64,000 nucleotides of DNA from Selaginella moellendorffii (lineage: Eukaryota > Plantae > Lycopodiophyta): assembly GCF_000143415.4 (NCBI RefSeq), contig NW_003314307.1:1447928-1511927 (forward strand). Reading direction: 5' to 3'. Shown one piece after another: positions 44,335 to 55,092 of this stretch (within the stretch, counting starts at the first letter, position 1; the number at the start of each line of letters is the position of its first letter). The notes below the pieces were generated by a model that was given only the letters and a program-made list of their open reading frames with translations, made no database searches and was not told the DNA's origin. Made by a program: the position numbers and the translations under genes.

Positions 44335-47300
44335 TGAACGTGTATGTACATTCCCCATGTCCCAATGGGACTAATACAAAAAATGGGCGTGCCGCCCTCT
44401 CCATGAGCTACTCTACGTGATCCTCATATGCCGCAGCTAGACCTAGTCCTGGAGTAGAAGTGGACGTGGTCGTCTCGAGCGAATCATGTCGATGTCCAAG
44501 TCTCCCCCACGAGCTGACCTTAGAACAGAGTCTGGGGGGCGCCATTGCCAGCGAATCTCGCCACCTCCCAATTTGCCGAAGCATGGGAGCCACCTAGATC
44601 TCCACTCCTTGAGCTGCCTCGGTTTCGCCCGCTCTTTCAGGATGGTGTAGTGAAGACGCACCGCTGCAAGAGTGAGTCTCCACCATGATGCCACCACTGC
44701 CGATATTCTCGCTTGTTGCCCATCAAAGCGACAGTGGTTCCGCGCCTCCCAAAGTGCCTGCAGTCCTGTTGCCCTCCAAATGGACCAGCGCTCTTGGCCC
44801 AACGCCTCCCAGATGGACATCCCAACTTCAGCCCCTGTCACGTCCCACCGGACTCGCATGTTCCATCGGTGCCGTCCGTAGCAGCGAATACGCCTCCAAG
44901 CTGGACCAATGGCTGGGCCTCTGGCTCCCTCAAACCAGTGGAGGATATCCCCACTCCGAGCCTCAAACTCTGGAATGTCTCCGAGTTCCTGCGTCGCCTT
45001 GAAGATCTGTCGCCAAACTTCTCTCGCCACGTCGCATTCCCATAGGACATGTTGCGCTGTCTCCAACTCGCCACACTCCTTGCACCGTCGGCATGCTTCT
45101 TCCTGGAACCGCTGTCCTACCGGCAGCCCGTTATTTGCCACCAACCAAGAGGTGGCCTTGACTTTCTCCTGTACCGGTAGTTTCCAGAACGCAAGCGTGT
45201 TGCCCACCACCTGATTTGCTTCAACTCCTTGCTCGATCCATTTCTTCCAGAGCTTGGGGATCTCCCCTCGGGCCTCCTCCCTGCTGGTCAAGAGACCATC
45301 CCTTGCTTCCTTGACGCCGAAGGAGAAGAAGCTCCTCGCTCCTCGTTTCCATGCTGCGGGGTCCCAATCCAGATCCTCGATGAGCTGCTGTCGCCACCAT
45401 CTAAGAATGCCTTCCCCTTCTAGTGCAGCCAACGATTGAACCACCACCGATTGTTTCGGAGCCTGTCGTATTACTCGAATCCTACCCTTGACCTCGTCAT
45501 CCGTCACCATCGGCATGACCTGTTCGTCCCCTGCTGGCAACAGCATGTCGCCTCTCAAGACTCGAAAAGGACGCCCAACATTTTGGTCTGGAGACACAAC
45601 GAACCATACCTCCACATCCCTGTCCTCCCAAGCTGGTGTTGGGGCCGTAAACGCCCGTGTCCAGGCCCCCAAGCTAACTCGTTCCCTGTCTGACTCCACG
45701 TCCCGTTGTAGAGCCACAAAGTCTCCAGATTTGAGACAACGCCTAGGCCAGAGCTGCCCCTGCTTCGCCTCACTCACTGCTCTGATAATGCGAAGAAGAT
45801 CAAGGTGGACTTTCCTCCACCGTCCCGGGTTAAAGACCTGCATATGTCTCGTAGTCTTCCTCCTGTCCTTGTCCAGAACCCGCACCAGCTGCTTGAGAGT
45901 TCGGAAGCCTGCGCTATGTAGCTTTCTCCAGATTGTGTAGTGGTCCTCCCTGCCCAGTGTCCTATCATCCAGTTTGAAGAGGTCGTTGAAGAACAGGGGC
46001 TGGTTCAGCCAGTCCTCCGCTCGCCCTGGCAATTCCCTACTGACTGGAAACGCGCTCCATAACCGGAGAAGCCCCTGGACTAGAGTGCCGCCCTTGACTA
46101 CTTGCTTCGGCCCCTCAGCAAAGAGCCAACGTGGATCTTCTTCCCACGGTCTTGCAGTGTTGTGCTTGGGCCGGATTGCCAACAAGTTCTGCCTAAACAT
46201 GAGTCTCCAAGGTTGATTACCTGGTTGAAGGCCCATGAGGAGGATTTTGTACCGTAGCGCCTTCGCCATGTCACTCGGATCGATTACTCCAAGTCCTCCC
46301 AAGACTCGCGGACGTGCTGTAGATTGCCACGCGACCTTGGCCATGCTCCTCCCTGTGACCAGAGCGCCCCGCCACAAATACTGACGGACCATCGTGCGTA
46401 CCTTTCTAAGAGTGCGTTCTGGAACAGGCCAGATGGAGAGGTGGTACCAGATGCCAGGCAGAATGATGCTCCTAGCGACTACCACTCTCGCTGGCAAGCC
46501 GAGTTTCCGGGGAGCCCACTTCTGGATTGACGTTCGTACCCGTCGGAGCAAGGTGTCATCCTGAAGTGCTGCACTGAACCGAGTACCAACCTGGATCCCC
46601 AGGTACCTAGCGTCTTCTCCTGGTTTGAGCCACTGGAAGCCAATGTCCTGCCCCCAAGATTCGATGCCTGGTCGCCCCCAATTTATGCCCACTGATTTGT
46701 TCCAGTTAATTGCTGCACCAGCCGCGAGGTTGAACGTCTCCAGCGCCTTCTTAGCTGCATCCATGTTCTCCTTAGTCGCAAGTAGGAACAAGGCAGTGTC
46801 GTCCGCAAAAGCACCATCAAGGAGTTCCCGAGACACCCTTGTGGTTCCCGGAAGTTGCTGTCTCGCAGCCGGCAGTGTGAGTCCTTTAATGCGTCCGCCT
46901 TCCGCTAGAAACGTGCCCAGGGCCTCAGCCACAATCAGAAAAAGATAGGGTGCTAGTGGACACCCTTGGCGTACTGAACGTCCCAGCTGGAAACTCGGTC
47001 CCGTCTCGCCATTGATTGTGACTCTGCTTGTGGCTCCTCGGTATAGTAACGAGATCCTAGTGACCATCTCTCTCGGGATGCCGATCGTGTTCATGCACTC
47101 CTCTAGGAACCTCCAGTCCACCCGATCGTAGGCCTTCTCGAAGTCCAAAAGCCATGCTGCAGTTTGTTGGTTAGAGATCTCTGCCCATCTCTGAGCCAGC
47201 AGGTACGTCCAGATGTTTTCTGCGATTTGCCGCCCTGGAACAAACCCTGTCTGCTGCTCCCGGATGATCAGCGGCATGACAGCTTGGAGCTTGAGGGTCA

Positions 47301-50300
47301 TTGCTTTGGCATAGACCTTGTAGGACGTGTTGAGCATGGTGATTGGCCTCCAATTCTTCAGCTCCTGCAGGTCCCCCCTCTTTGGAATAAGCGCAATCTG
47401 GCCCTCAAGGATCTCGCGAGGCAAGGTCCCATCACGTTGAGCATCCCACCATGCTTGTAGCAGCAGCGGGCCTATGGTCTCCCAGTGCTCCTCGAAGAAA
47501 ATGGGCAAGAGGCCATCGATACCTGGCTGCTTGTCGTTGCTGAGCTTCCCGAGCGCTTCCCGAAGCTCCTCCAGTGTGAAGTCCGTCTTCAGTGAGTCGT
47601 GCCACTCATGGGGGACTCGCTGGGGAAGGGACGCAAGCACTTCCACCGCCGCCCTTTCCCTCTCTGGAGTCCACTGCTGGGCCGTATATAGAAGTTGGTA
47701 AAACTCCTGGGCGAGCTGTTGCATCCCCTGTTGGTCCTCGATGACTCGCCCGTCACTGTGCTTCAGTCCTAGAATGGGAGGAGAGTCCGTCACTGGCCTG
47801 ATTCCCCTAAAGAAAGCCTTGTTGAGAAGGCGTTCATTCAGGGCCCATCCATCTTCCATGGCCCGGACGCCCTTGCTCCATGCAGCGTACTCCATGTCAC
47901 GTAGCTCGGCTTCACGTTCATCCAGTATTGTTTGCCACTTGAGCTCATCTTGCGTGTTCAGCAACATCCTGTGTGCTGCTGCGACCTTCTTCCTGGCCAG
48001 TCTAAGGTCCTTCATCACCACCCCTTTGAGATCCTTCTGGCGCGCCCGGAGCTTCTGTGAGCAAGACAAGAGCACAGGGATCAGTCCCAGCTTGTTCTGC
48101 GCAAGGGCGTCATGTATAAGCCCAATTGCCACCGGGTCTCGCAGCGTGGCTCTAGTGATTGATCGTTGGACCGCTGTCCCTTTGTCCCTTTGGAGCTGGA
48201 TCACGCATCTGAGGGGGTCGTGATCTGAGAAGGAGGCAAATCCCAGCCACGTTTTTAGGCTTCCCCCATCCTGCCGTATGCGAGATGAGGCGTAAATCCG
48301 GTCCAGTCTCGACTGGGAGGATACTGTCTGTCGCCTTGTAAAAGGGTGAGCATGAGGTGCGAATCCCGCAGCATGCTGGAGGTCCATGAGCCCCAGTATG
48401 TCCATGAGCTGACTCCACTGCTTCTGTTCACGTGGCTGAATTGTTTCCTGCATACCCCTGCGATCACAGACGTCCTCGACCATGTTGAAATCTCCCAGGA
48501 CCAGCCATTCATCTGCTTGCCCCTGTGCAGACTGTAACACACTCAGCCAGAATTCTGCACGTCTCCCTTTCTTCGTTGGTGCATAGACGTTGATTATCCC
48601 CACCCGTCCAAAGTGGAGGTGAAGGACAAGCAATTGAGCCTTTCCTGGGACGAGAACAAGGTGGTTTCGTACCTGAGCAGACCATTTGGTTGAGACTACC
48701 ACTGCTGTGCCCCCTCCTGGTCTGGCCACTGCTTGCGTGGCCGGGTTCCACCAGAGCCGTCCCCTCATTCCAAAGGTGTAGTCTGGGGCCACAGTCATTT
48801 TGTGCTCTTGCAAGCATAGGATGTCGATATCTCCTTCTAAGCTGATCTCTCGGATGTGGGACTTGAGCTGCGCCCTTTTGTTGAGTCGACTGCCGGTCCA
48901 ACTGAGTCCCCGGCAGTTCCAGGTGACGAGCGTGAGAGTTGTCATGGAGCCACGTACTTCCAAGAAAGTGAGGAGTTACGGGGTCTCGCCCTCCATTCTG
49001 TGGAGATGGTCCACACCGCAGTCATCTTCCCCCTGTGCTTCGTCCAGGAGAAGCCTCGGACAGTGTACTTCGCAAAGCCCGTCCACTCAGTGATAGCACT
49101 CTCCATGCGTGTGTGGTAGTCTCCAATAGTGACAACCTCTGGGAAGGCTGTGTTCCCGCGGCACATCAGCCAGTCTCCCGCCTCTGTGGGACTTAATTCC
49201 CGCTTAGGGGGAATCCACCTGACCGCCATTCCTACTGTTCGAGGGAGGACCGGCTGGAAGCCATCTCCTTCGACATCCGTAATAGGTCCCTCGAACAGTT
49301 TGGGCTGTGAGGATGAGCCCAAGAGTGGTGGGGTGACCGGGAAGCGAATGTGGGGAGCTTGGTCCGGAGGGCGTGCCTTCAAGATCCGCTCCTGCTCTGC
49401 AGGTAACTCAAACGGCTTCTGGGATGCCAACCTGTTCCGCTTGACTGAGCAGGCCTCCTCCCGGTGTCCAGCGCGCTGGCAAAAGTTGCATCTAGGTTCT
49501 GAGTTCTCCGTTTGGATCCTGATATACTGGCCCAGCACTGCGATCTCTGTCGGGATTTCAGCCGGGGCTGACACGAAAACTTTGAGACGGATGGGACCTA
49601 GCACACCCTCTGCTTCTACAGTGTCGAGGCCGGCCGCTATCTGGCCAATACTTCCTTCAACCAGCTCCTGTATCACCGGTGTGATCCGCATTTCCATGGG
49701 AACGTCCCACAATGCAATGTTCACTGGAAAGCTCCCGCCCTTGAGACGAGCCTGGTCCTCTGCGGTGAACCTTGGGATCCATGGGTGGAATGACACCGCC
49801 CAATTCTCGTCAATGAGGCCATGCATGGCCTCCGCCTGAGACCGTGCCTCCTCTGTCTCAAAGACAACTGTGTAGCAGCCCTTCCCATGCGGCAGCATCT
49901 TCTTCATGAGGATTCCCTGGCCCAGCGTTGCATTGATCCAATCGTTAGCCATGCGACCTGTTGGGAACTTCCCCCTGAAAACAGCAATCAGTGCCTTCTT
50001 GCGGAGTTCCTCTTCCTTCTCTGCTACTGCTCTTTGCAGAGTCTCAGCCAGCTTGACAGGGACGGCCTTTCCTCTCGTGTCGTCGTGGACCAAGTCACTT
50101 CCACCTTCCCCTACTGCTGCCACCTTGTGCTCTTCGGCCTGACCATGTGTTCCCTCGTTCACTTTATGTGAGGTGTACTCCTTGTTAGCATCACTGTTCC
50201 CGTCCGAGGAGTGCAGCGCTTCTACCACCTTTCCGCAGCCCCGAGTCTTCCTCACTCTCGACTGGGCTTTTGCCACTCGCTCCGGGGTGTCAACCTCCTG

Positions 50301-51143
50301 GTGCTGGTACGCCCGAGACTCTGTTCTCTTGTCTGGCAGGGCGTGCTCCTCCTCAAGGAAGGCTTCAACTGTGTTTGTCCAGGCTGGGTCCTCCTTGGCA
50401 AGTCTCAGAGTTTTAAGCTTCCGCCGCGTTGCTCGCTTCACTTTCTTCTTCTCACGCTTGGTCTTCCTCTTGTTGAAGGCATCGCGGTCCTGGAACTGAA
50501 GTGTACCATCTGACTGTTCCTCCAGTGAGCACTCCATCTCTGGCTCTGTTTCTGGCTCTCCGAGTCCCACTTCAACTGTTGGTGTTGGCGTGGTAGCCAC
50601 TTTGCCACCTTGTTCTTGCGCCCATGCATCGAAGAGGTCTGCTTGCTGTGTGGCCACTGCCTTCGTGATTATCCCTTGAGCTTCACGCAGTGCAGGGCCC
50701 AACACGAGGTCCTCTCCCAAAGGACTCAGATCCAGCTCTCTGATCGTGCACATCAGGGTTGACTGGAGTTCTTTGCGTACGGGAAGCGGAGAACTTTGGA
50801 TCCTTTCCTCAAAGTGGTGGGGGTCCCAGACCAGCCTCCCTGCCTTGTCGAGTCGTGGGAGTGGAGAGGGAAGCGACTCCTTCTGCTCCTCGTGTGGTGT
50901 TGTGGGAGAGTCCGGATCTGATTTCCTCACTTGTTGTAAGTGCGCAGGGTCCACCTGGTGTGTTTCCTCCTGTACTCTTGCATGTACTAGATCAGGGATG
51001 AGCCCGGCCACGTCTGTAGGAGTTTCTGGGTGGGACAGGGGGTTCCCACCAGCTGGGCATGAACTTGACGCATTCCCGTAAGCAGGGAGTGTGCCAGCTG
51101 CGCAGTCCTTCCGAGTCTTAAGGTTCTCTGTTAGAATTGCGAG
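44335..51143 (-). mobile_element. L1/Tx1-like non-LTR retrotransposon, 6.8 kb, 18-bp TSD
   Basis: GCAATCCGGCGAGATCGC at 44317-44334 and 51144-51161, single-copy in uninterrupted heads; ORF1 + ORF2; no poly(A). Confidence 0.96.
44443..48963 (-). CDS. LINE ORF2: APE endonuclease + RT + C-terminal zinc finger (1506 aa, intact)
   Basis: TWNCRGL, LCLQE, NVYAP, GDFN, RLDRI, SDH; PGIDG, WRPI, LDFEKAYD, RQGCPLAP, FADD, YLG; CRRC...ETAQHVLWEC. Confidence 0.97.
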   Translation of the reverse strand: MEVRGSMTTLTLVTWNCRGLSWTGSRLNKRAQLKSHIREISLEGDIDILCLQEHKMTVAPDYTFGMRGRLWWNPATQAVARPGGGTAVVVSTKWSAQVRNHLVLVPGKAQLLVLHLHFGRVGIINVYAPTKKGRRAEFWLSVLQSAQGQADEWLVLGDFNMVEDVCDRRGMQETIQPREQKQWSQLMDILGLMDLQHAAGFAPHAHPFTRRQTVSSQSRLDRIYASSRIRQDGGSLKTWLGFASFSDHDPLRCVIQLQRDKGTAVQRSITRATLRDPVAIGLIHDALAQNKLGLIPVLLSCSQKLRARQKDLKGVVMKDLRLARKKVAAAHRMLLNTQDELKWQTILDEREAELRDMEYAAWSKGVRAMEDGWALNERLLNKAFFRGIRPVTDSPPILGLKHSDGRVIEDQQGMQQLAQEFYQLLYTAQQWTPERERAAVEVLASLPQRVPHEWHDSLKTDFTLEELREALGKLSNDKQPGIDGLLPIFFEEHWETIGPLLLQAWWDAQRDGTLPREILEGQIALIPKRGDLQELKNWRPITMLNTSYKVYAKAMTLKLQAVMPLIIREQQTGFVPGRQIAENIWTYLLAQRWAEISNQQTAAWLLDFEKAYDRVDWRFLEECMNTIGIPREMVTRISLLYRGATSRVTINGETGPSFQLGRSVRQGCPLAPYLFLIVAEALGTFLAEGGRIKGLTLPAARQQLPGTTRVSRELLDGAFADDTALFLLATKENMDAAKKALETFNLAAGAAINWNKSVGINWGRPGIESWGQDIGFQWLKPGEDARYLGIQVGTRFSAALQDDTLLRRVRTSIQKWAPRKLGLPARVVVARSIILPGIWYHLSIWPVPERTLRKVRTMVRQYLWRGALVTGRSMAKVAWQSTARPRVLGGLGVIDPSDMAKALRYKILLMGLQPGNQPWRLMFRQNLLAIRPKHNTARPWEEDPRWLFAEGPKQVVKGGTLVQGLLRLWSAFPVSRELPGRAEDWLNQPLFFNDLFKLDDRTLGREDHYTIWRKLHSAGFRTLKQLVRVLDKDRRKTTRHMQVFNPGRWRKVHLDLLRIIRAVSEAKQGQLWPRRCLKSGDFVALQRDVESDRERVSLGAWTRAFTAPTPAWEDRDVEVWFVVSPDQNVGRPFRVLRGDMLLPAGDEQVMPMVTDDEVKGRIRVIRQAPKQSVVVQSLAALEGEGILRWWRQQLIEDLDWDPAAWKRGARSFFSFGVKEARDGLLTSREEARGEIPKLWKKWIEQGVEANQVVGNTLAFWKLPVQEKVKATSWLVANNGLPVGQRFQEEACRRCKECGELETAQHVLWECDVAREVWRQIFKATQELGDIPEFEARSGDILHWFEGARGPAIGPAWRRIRCYGRHRWNMRVRWDVTGAEVGMSIWEALGQERWSIWRATGLQALWEARNHCRFDGQQARISAVVASWWRLTLAAVRLHYTILKERAKPRQLKEWRSRWLPCFGKLGGGEIRWQWRPPDSVLRSARGGDLDIDMIRSRRPRPLLLQD

Positions 51144-51185
51144 GCAATCCGGCGAGATCGCGGCACCACTTTGTGCAATCCACAT
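48942..51185 (-). CDS. LINE ORF1 (gag-like, RRM/DUF4283-like region, CCHC knuckle)
   Basis: CNFCQRAGHREEAC (CX2CX4HX4C); overlaps ORF2 by 22 nt; the ATG at 51185 lies in flanking PLE sequence, outside the TSD. Confidence 0.85.
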   Translation of the reverse strand: MWIAQSGAAISPDCLAILTENLKTRKDCAAGTLPAYGNASSSCPAGGNPLSHPETPTDVAGLIPDLVHARVQEETHQVDPAHLQQVRKSDPDSPTTPHEEQKESLPSPLPRLDKAGRLVWDPHHFEERIQSSPLPVRKELQSTLMCTIRELDLSPLGEDLVLGPALREAQGIITKAVATQQADLFDAWAQEQGGKVATTPTPTVEVGLGEPETEPEMECSLEEQSDGTLQFQDRDAFNKRKTKREKKKVKRATRRKLKTLRLAKEDPAWTNTVEAFLEEEHALPDKRTESRAYQHQEVDTPERVAKAQSRVRKTRGCGKVVEALHSSDGNSDANKEYTSHKVNEGTHGQAEEHKVAAVGEGGSDLVHDDTRGKAVPVKLAETLQRAVAEKEEELRKKALIAVFRGKFPTGRMANDWINATLGQGILMKKMLPHGKGCYTVVFETEEARSQAEAMHGLIDENWAVSFHPWIPRFTAEDQARLKGGSFPVNIALWDVPMEMRITPVIQELVEGSIGQIAAGLDTVEAEGVLGPIRLKVFVSAPAEIPTEIAVLGQYIRIQTENSEPRCNFCQRAGHREEACSVKRNRLASQKPFELPAEQERILKARPPDQAPHIRFPVTPPLLGSSSQPKLFEGPITDVEGDGFQPVLPRTVGMAVRWIPPKRELSPTEAGDWLMCRGNTAFPEVVTIGDYHTRMESAITEWTGFAKYTVRGFSWTKHRGKMTAVWTISTEWRARPRNSSLSWKYVAP

Positions 51186-51286
51186 TCTCCGTGTGCCGTT
51201 GTCGAAACGGCGTGATCAAGAGCAAGTAGAGGAGGCAAGGGAATGAATTTTCATTCATTCGTGAGCGAGGGAGAGGACAAGAGACA

Positions 51287-51329
51287 ACCCGAGACCGGTT
51301 TCATCCTTTTTGGGACTCATCAGCCGGGT
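51287..51329 (-). ncRNA. Type I hammerhead ribozyme (helix II G-U variant)
   Basis: Minus strand ACCCGG-CUGAUGA-GUCCCAAAAAGGAU-GAAA-CCG-GUC^UCGGGU. Confidence 0.85.
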
Positions 51330-52479
51330 GTAGTCGTCTAGTGTCTACCCTAACCCTAGCTCGGTGCCGACTCTACTTATATTTTGGCTCTGTCACATGG
51401 CGCAAGTCCGTGTGGCGGCCATGCGAAGTGGCGTGGCAGCGTTGGCTTGCGAGGGTGCGAATGTAGCACAGCTGGTGTTGGTTACTCCACAGCAGTGGTA
51501 GTCGCGGAGAATGACTTCGGCGGATCGCCGAAGACAGTAAACATTCGGCCGGCGGGTGACGTACCTTTGACGCAAGATAACTTGTAAACGCGGCATGATA
51601 TGATGCATGCGTTACGTCCACAATGCTTGTGTCACTTGTACGTACCCGACGACGAAAAACGTGGTCCACTTTGCAAGGAATATTCTGGGAATATTCCGTC
51701 GTTGACTGTTGACCCCGCGTTGACCGTGTGTGGACTGGGATGGTGGAGGGCCTGAGGTCACTCATACATACCCGGAGTCCAGCGGTGATGCAGGGGAGAG
51801 CCATCCCGCGAGCTGTCGGCATGCGTCGCCGATGTCGAAGGAGCAGCACCGTTTTAACGGAAAACACGCTTTTCAACGAATCGTGTGTGGAGTTCAGAGT
51901 TGAAACTCACATATTCACGATCGGAAGGAAAAGCGGAATCCAACGGTATATGCCGTTTTGACTCGGTCAACAAAAACACTGTCAGGGAATATTCGGGAAT
52001 ATTCCATTCTGACCGTTGACTCCGCGTTGACCGTGCGTTGACTCGCAAGGGAGGTGGCCTGGAGTGACTAGTACGTACCCAAGGTCCTTCGCTCATGCAG
52101 AAAGGTCCTTTTCCCGTGAGGTGTCGGCGCGTGTGGCGTCGACGTCGTCGCATGGCACCATTATGAGATTCGCAAGCTTTCCAAGGTGTGGTGTCCATCG
52201 TAAGGAGATGAGACCAACGTAGTCACACTTGGAAAGGGGTGCAGAATCGAATGGTGTAGGCCTCGTTGACTCGGTCAACAATCTGACTGTCAGGGAATAT
52301 TCGGGAATATTTCTGTTTGGACAGTAGACTGAGCGTTGACCGGGCGTTGACCGGTGGGGGACGACCTGGGGTGACTGGGACATACCTAGAGTCCATTGGC
52401 CAGACCCTGAAGGTCATCGGTCATGCGGAGAAGGATGCAATCATATGCTTCCGTCTCTTGCAAAGTGCGGTAGAAGATG

Positions 52480-53139
52480 TGGCTGAGCTCGCAATGCGAG
52501 TTTAGCCCTGACCAGGAACGAACCGGGGTTCAGGAGGCATCTCCAGCACGTGATCACTCAGGGGAGTGCGTCTACGGGAGCTTCATCCATCACCTGTTTA
52601 GGGTTTAGGATGTCCCCCAAGCCTAGCTGCATGCTGTGAAGCGTGTAGGGCAGCTTAAAGGCGAGGGGGGCCCGTCGACAAGCGTCACTAGAGCGGCGCA
52701 AGCGTGCAAGGAGAGCTTGATGTCACTGGTCAGAGGAGATGCTGGAGAGGCAGTGTTGGAGGAAGGAGATCAGGTATCCCTGGGCACAGAGGCGGTGGTA
52801 GAACCGCGTGCGCATGGCATGGAATCCATCGGCCGTGCTCTCACGGAGGAGGTATCTCCGGAGTTCGCTGTGGATAAATGCCACTTTCTGGTGCCATGGG
52901 TGAACTGACGTCCAGGGGAGGTACTGGTAGGCATTGAGCGGCTTCTGGAACGTGGACGAGTCGAGGCAGCGTGTCTCTTCAAAGCGAGGGCCTTTGAAGA
53001 AGTGGATATCGAGGATATCCAACTCCTCGAGCGAGATCACCGAGGTGATCTTGATCGAGGGACGTAGCGTGCCGTATCCTCGGAGCCATCGTTCGAGGCC
53101 TGCTCGTGTACCTGTCCCTCCGTCATCTGTGTACCTCCG
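52480..53139 (-). pseudogene. PLE reverse transcriptase C-terminal remnant (unit A)
   Basis: RRYTDD (YTDD at 53122-53133) in frame with LDILDI...FQKPLNAYQYLPWTSVHPWHQKVAFIHSELRRY...GY; stops on both sides; no GIY-YIG. Confidence 0.85.
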
Positions 53140-54973
53140 TCAATAGAAGGGCAATTTGTTGGTTGTGTCGAGGCACTCGTCGAGAGTGTTGAGCGTGGTG
53201 TCATGGACACGCAGAGCAGAGCCAAGTGCAAAGGTGACGGTGGCTGCTGCGCTGGGCCAGGTCCTGGAGAGCGTTAAGGCGAGAGGGCTCGGTGCTCTGT
53301 TCCAGTGGCAGGGGCTGGCCTGGTGGCGATTGCAGGGGATCCGGCACCAGAGGTGGTGAGAGAGCCCGTGCCATCGGTATAGTGTCTGGCTCTGCAGTGG
53401 CAGGGCCAGTGCTGGCATGGAAAGCTGGTTTTGTGCTTCCATGGCAGATTAGGTTGATTTTTGGCAGTGTTGTGGCGATGTCTAGGCAGCTTGGGTGCTC
53501 TGAGTGGCAGGGAGCATTCCCATTGGCATCTTTGGTGATCCTTTGGTGGTGCCAAGGCAACATACCAAAGGGAGACAAAAAGCCTTTGTGAGGGATTTGC
53601 TGTACCAGACCCAAGTCTGGCTGGGCTGCGCTAGACGTCGGAAAGACTGCTAAGTGGAGATATCAAGCTAGCTCCCAAACTCTTAGTGGCCGTGAGCAGC
53701 TCCAGGTGGGGATTATTTGTGGCGCTCTGGCGGCAGAACACAGCGCGCAGAGGCCAGTGCAAATGCCCAGCTTGGAGACATGCTGTGCCAAACCCGTGCG
53801 AGGGGAGTGAGGGGCATCATGCCAGAGATCACAGCAGCTTTGTGGTGATGTCTGGGTGGCACGGGTGCTCTCAACAGCAGGGAGCAATCCCCTTAGCATT
53901 TTTGGAAATCCCTTGGTGGTGCCGAAGCAGCAGCCAAGGGGGACCAAAAAGCCTTTGTGGGGCATTTGCTATGCCGGACCTGAGTCAGGGAGCTGGGCCG
54001 CACCAGACGCCGGAAAAGCTGTTGTGTGGAGATGCAGAGCTAGCTTCGAGACTCTTAGTGGCTCCAGGTAGGGATTTCTGTGGCGTCCTGGCGGTGAGGT
54101 GCAGCACAGAGGGGCCAACGTAAATGCCCGGCCTGGAGCTGTTGGGCGGCACTGGGCGGTACCAGGCGGTACTGGGCAGCGCCGCGTGTCTCTGGAAGTA
54201 CTGCGTGTTGTTGGGCAGTGCCGCGCGTCACTGTGCAGTACCGCGTGTTGCTGGGCAGTGCCGCGCAACATTGTGCAGTACCGCGCGTCACTGGCGGTAC
54301 AGCACGTTGCTGGGCGGTGCTGACACGTGAGCTGGGCACTCGTGAGCAGCACTGGGCGGCATGGGGCGGCACTCGCAGCGGCTCTGGGCAGCGCATGGCG
54401 GCCCTGAGCAGCGTGTGGTGGTGCCTGGCGCAGCTGGGCACTGCTAGGCAGCACTGGTGGTGCTGCTGGCCGGCAGCTGGCTGGGACACGATACTGACGG
54501 GTTGGGCTGCGACGAGCCACAGCATTGGCGCTTTGGGCAGCGAGTGCTGGCCTAAGTGCTGGCCGTGGTGGTCGCTGGAGGCCGGCCGTGGCATGGCTAG
54601 CTGGCTGGCTGGTGCAGCAGCCGCGGCAGCTCTTGATCGTCTCGAGCGGCAGTGGCGGCATCGATCGGCAGCAGCAGTAGCGCGCACACTAGCAAGCTGC
54701 GGGCTGTTGCGGTGGCTGGCGCTGCCTGCATCGGTGGCTGTTGCTGCTGGAGCAGCTGGCCGTGGCATGCTCAAGACGCAGTGGCCATGCTCCCGTAGCT
54801 TTCTCTACCATTGCCAAAAACTAAGTGCTAGGACTTAAAAATTTTTGGCAAATCAAAGGCTGAGCGTTTGAGCCGTTGGATCTGTGCGATCCGACGGTGG
54901 AGGAGAGAAGAGAGGGAAGCGTGAGTGGGCCTTTGCAGTGGCTGTTGCTGGTGCAAAGGCTTCTCCCATGGCC

Positions 54974-55092
54974 TTAGGGTTTAGGGTTTAGGGTTTAGGG
55001 TTTTAGGGTTTAGGGTTTAGGCGCGTTTAGGCGTTTAGGGTTTAGGGTTTAGGGTTTAGGATTTAGGCGCGTTTAGGGTTTAGGGTTTAGGG
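54974..55092 (+). repeat. TTTAGGG spacer containing two head-only fragments
   Basis: TTTAGGCGCGTTTAGG(CG) at 55016-55040 and 55062-55078 within canonical repeats. Confidence 0.95.

Larger units (their letters stand above)
44271..54973 (-). mobile_element. Telomeric Penelope-like unit A (non-autonomous, interrupted by a LINE)
   Basis: Head TTTAGGCGCGTTTAGGCGTTTAGGGTCAAAGAC, hammerhead, PLE RT C-terminal remnant, capped distally by TTTAGGG. Confidence 0.88.

Noticed and set aside
44417-44428. ATGAGGATCAC on the minus strand resembling the MS2 operator
   Set aside because: Partial match only, lacking the closing stem; likely chance.
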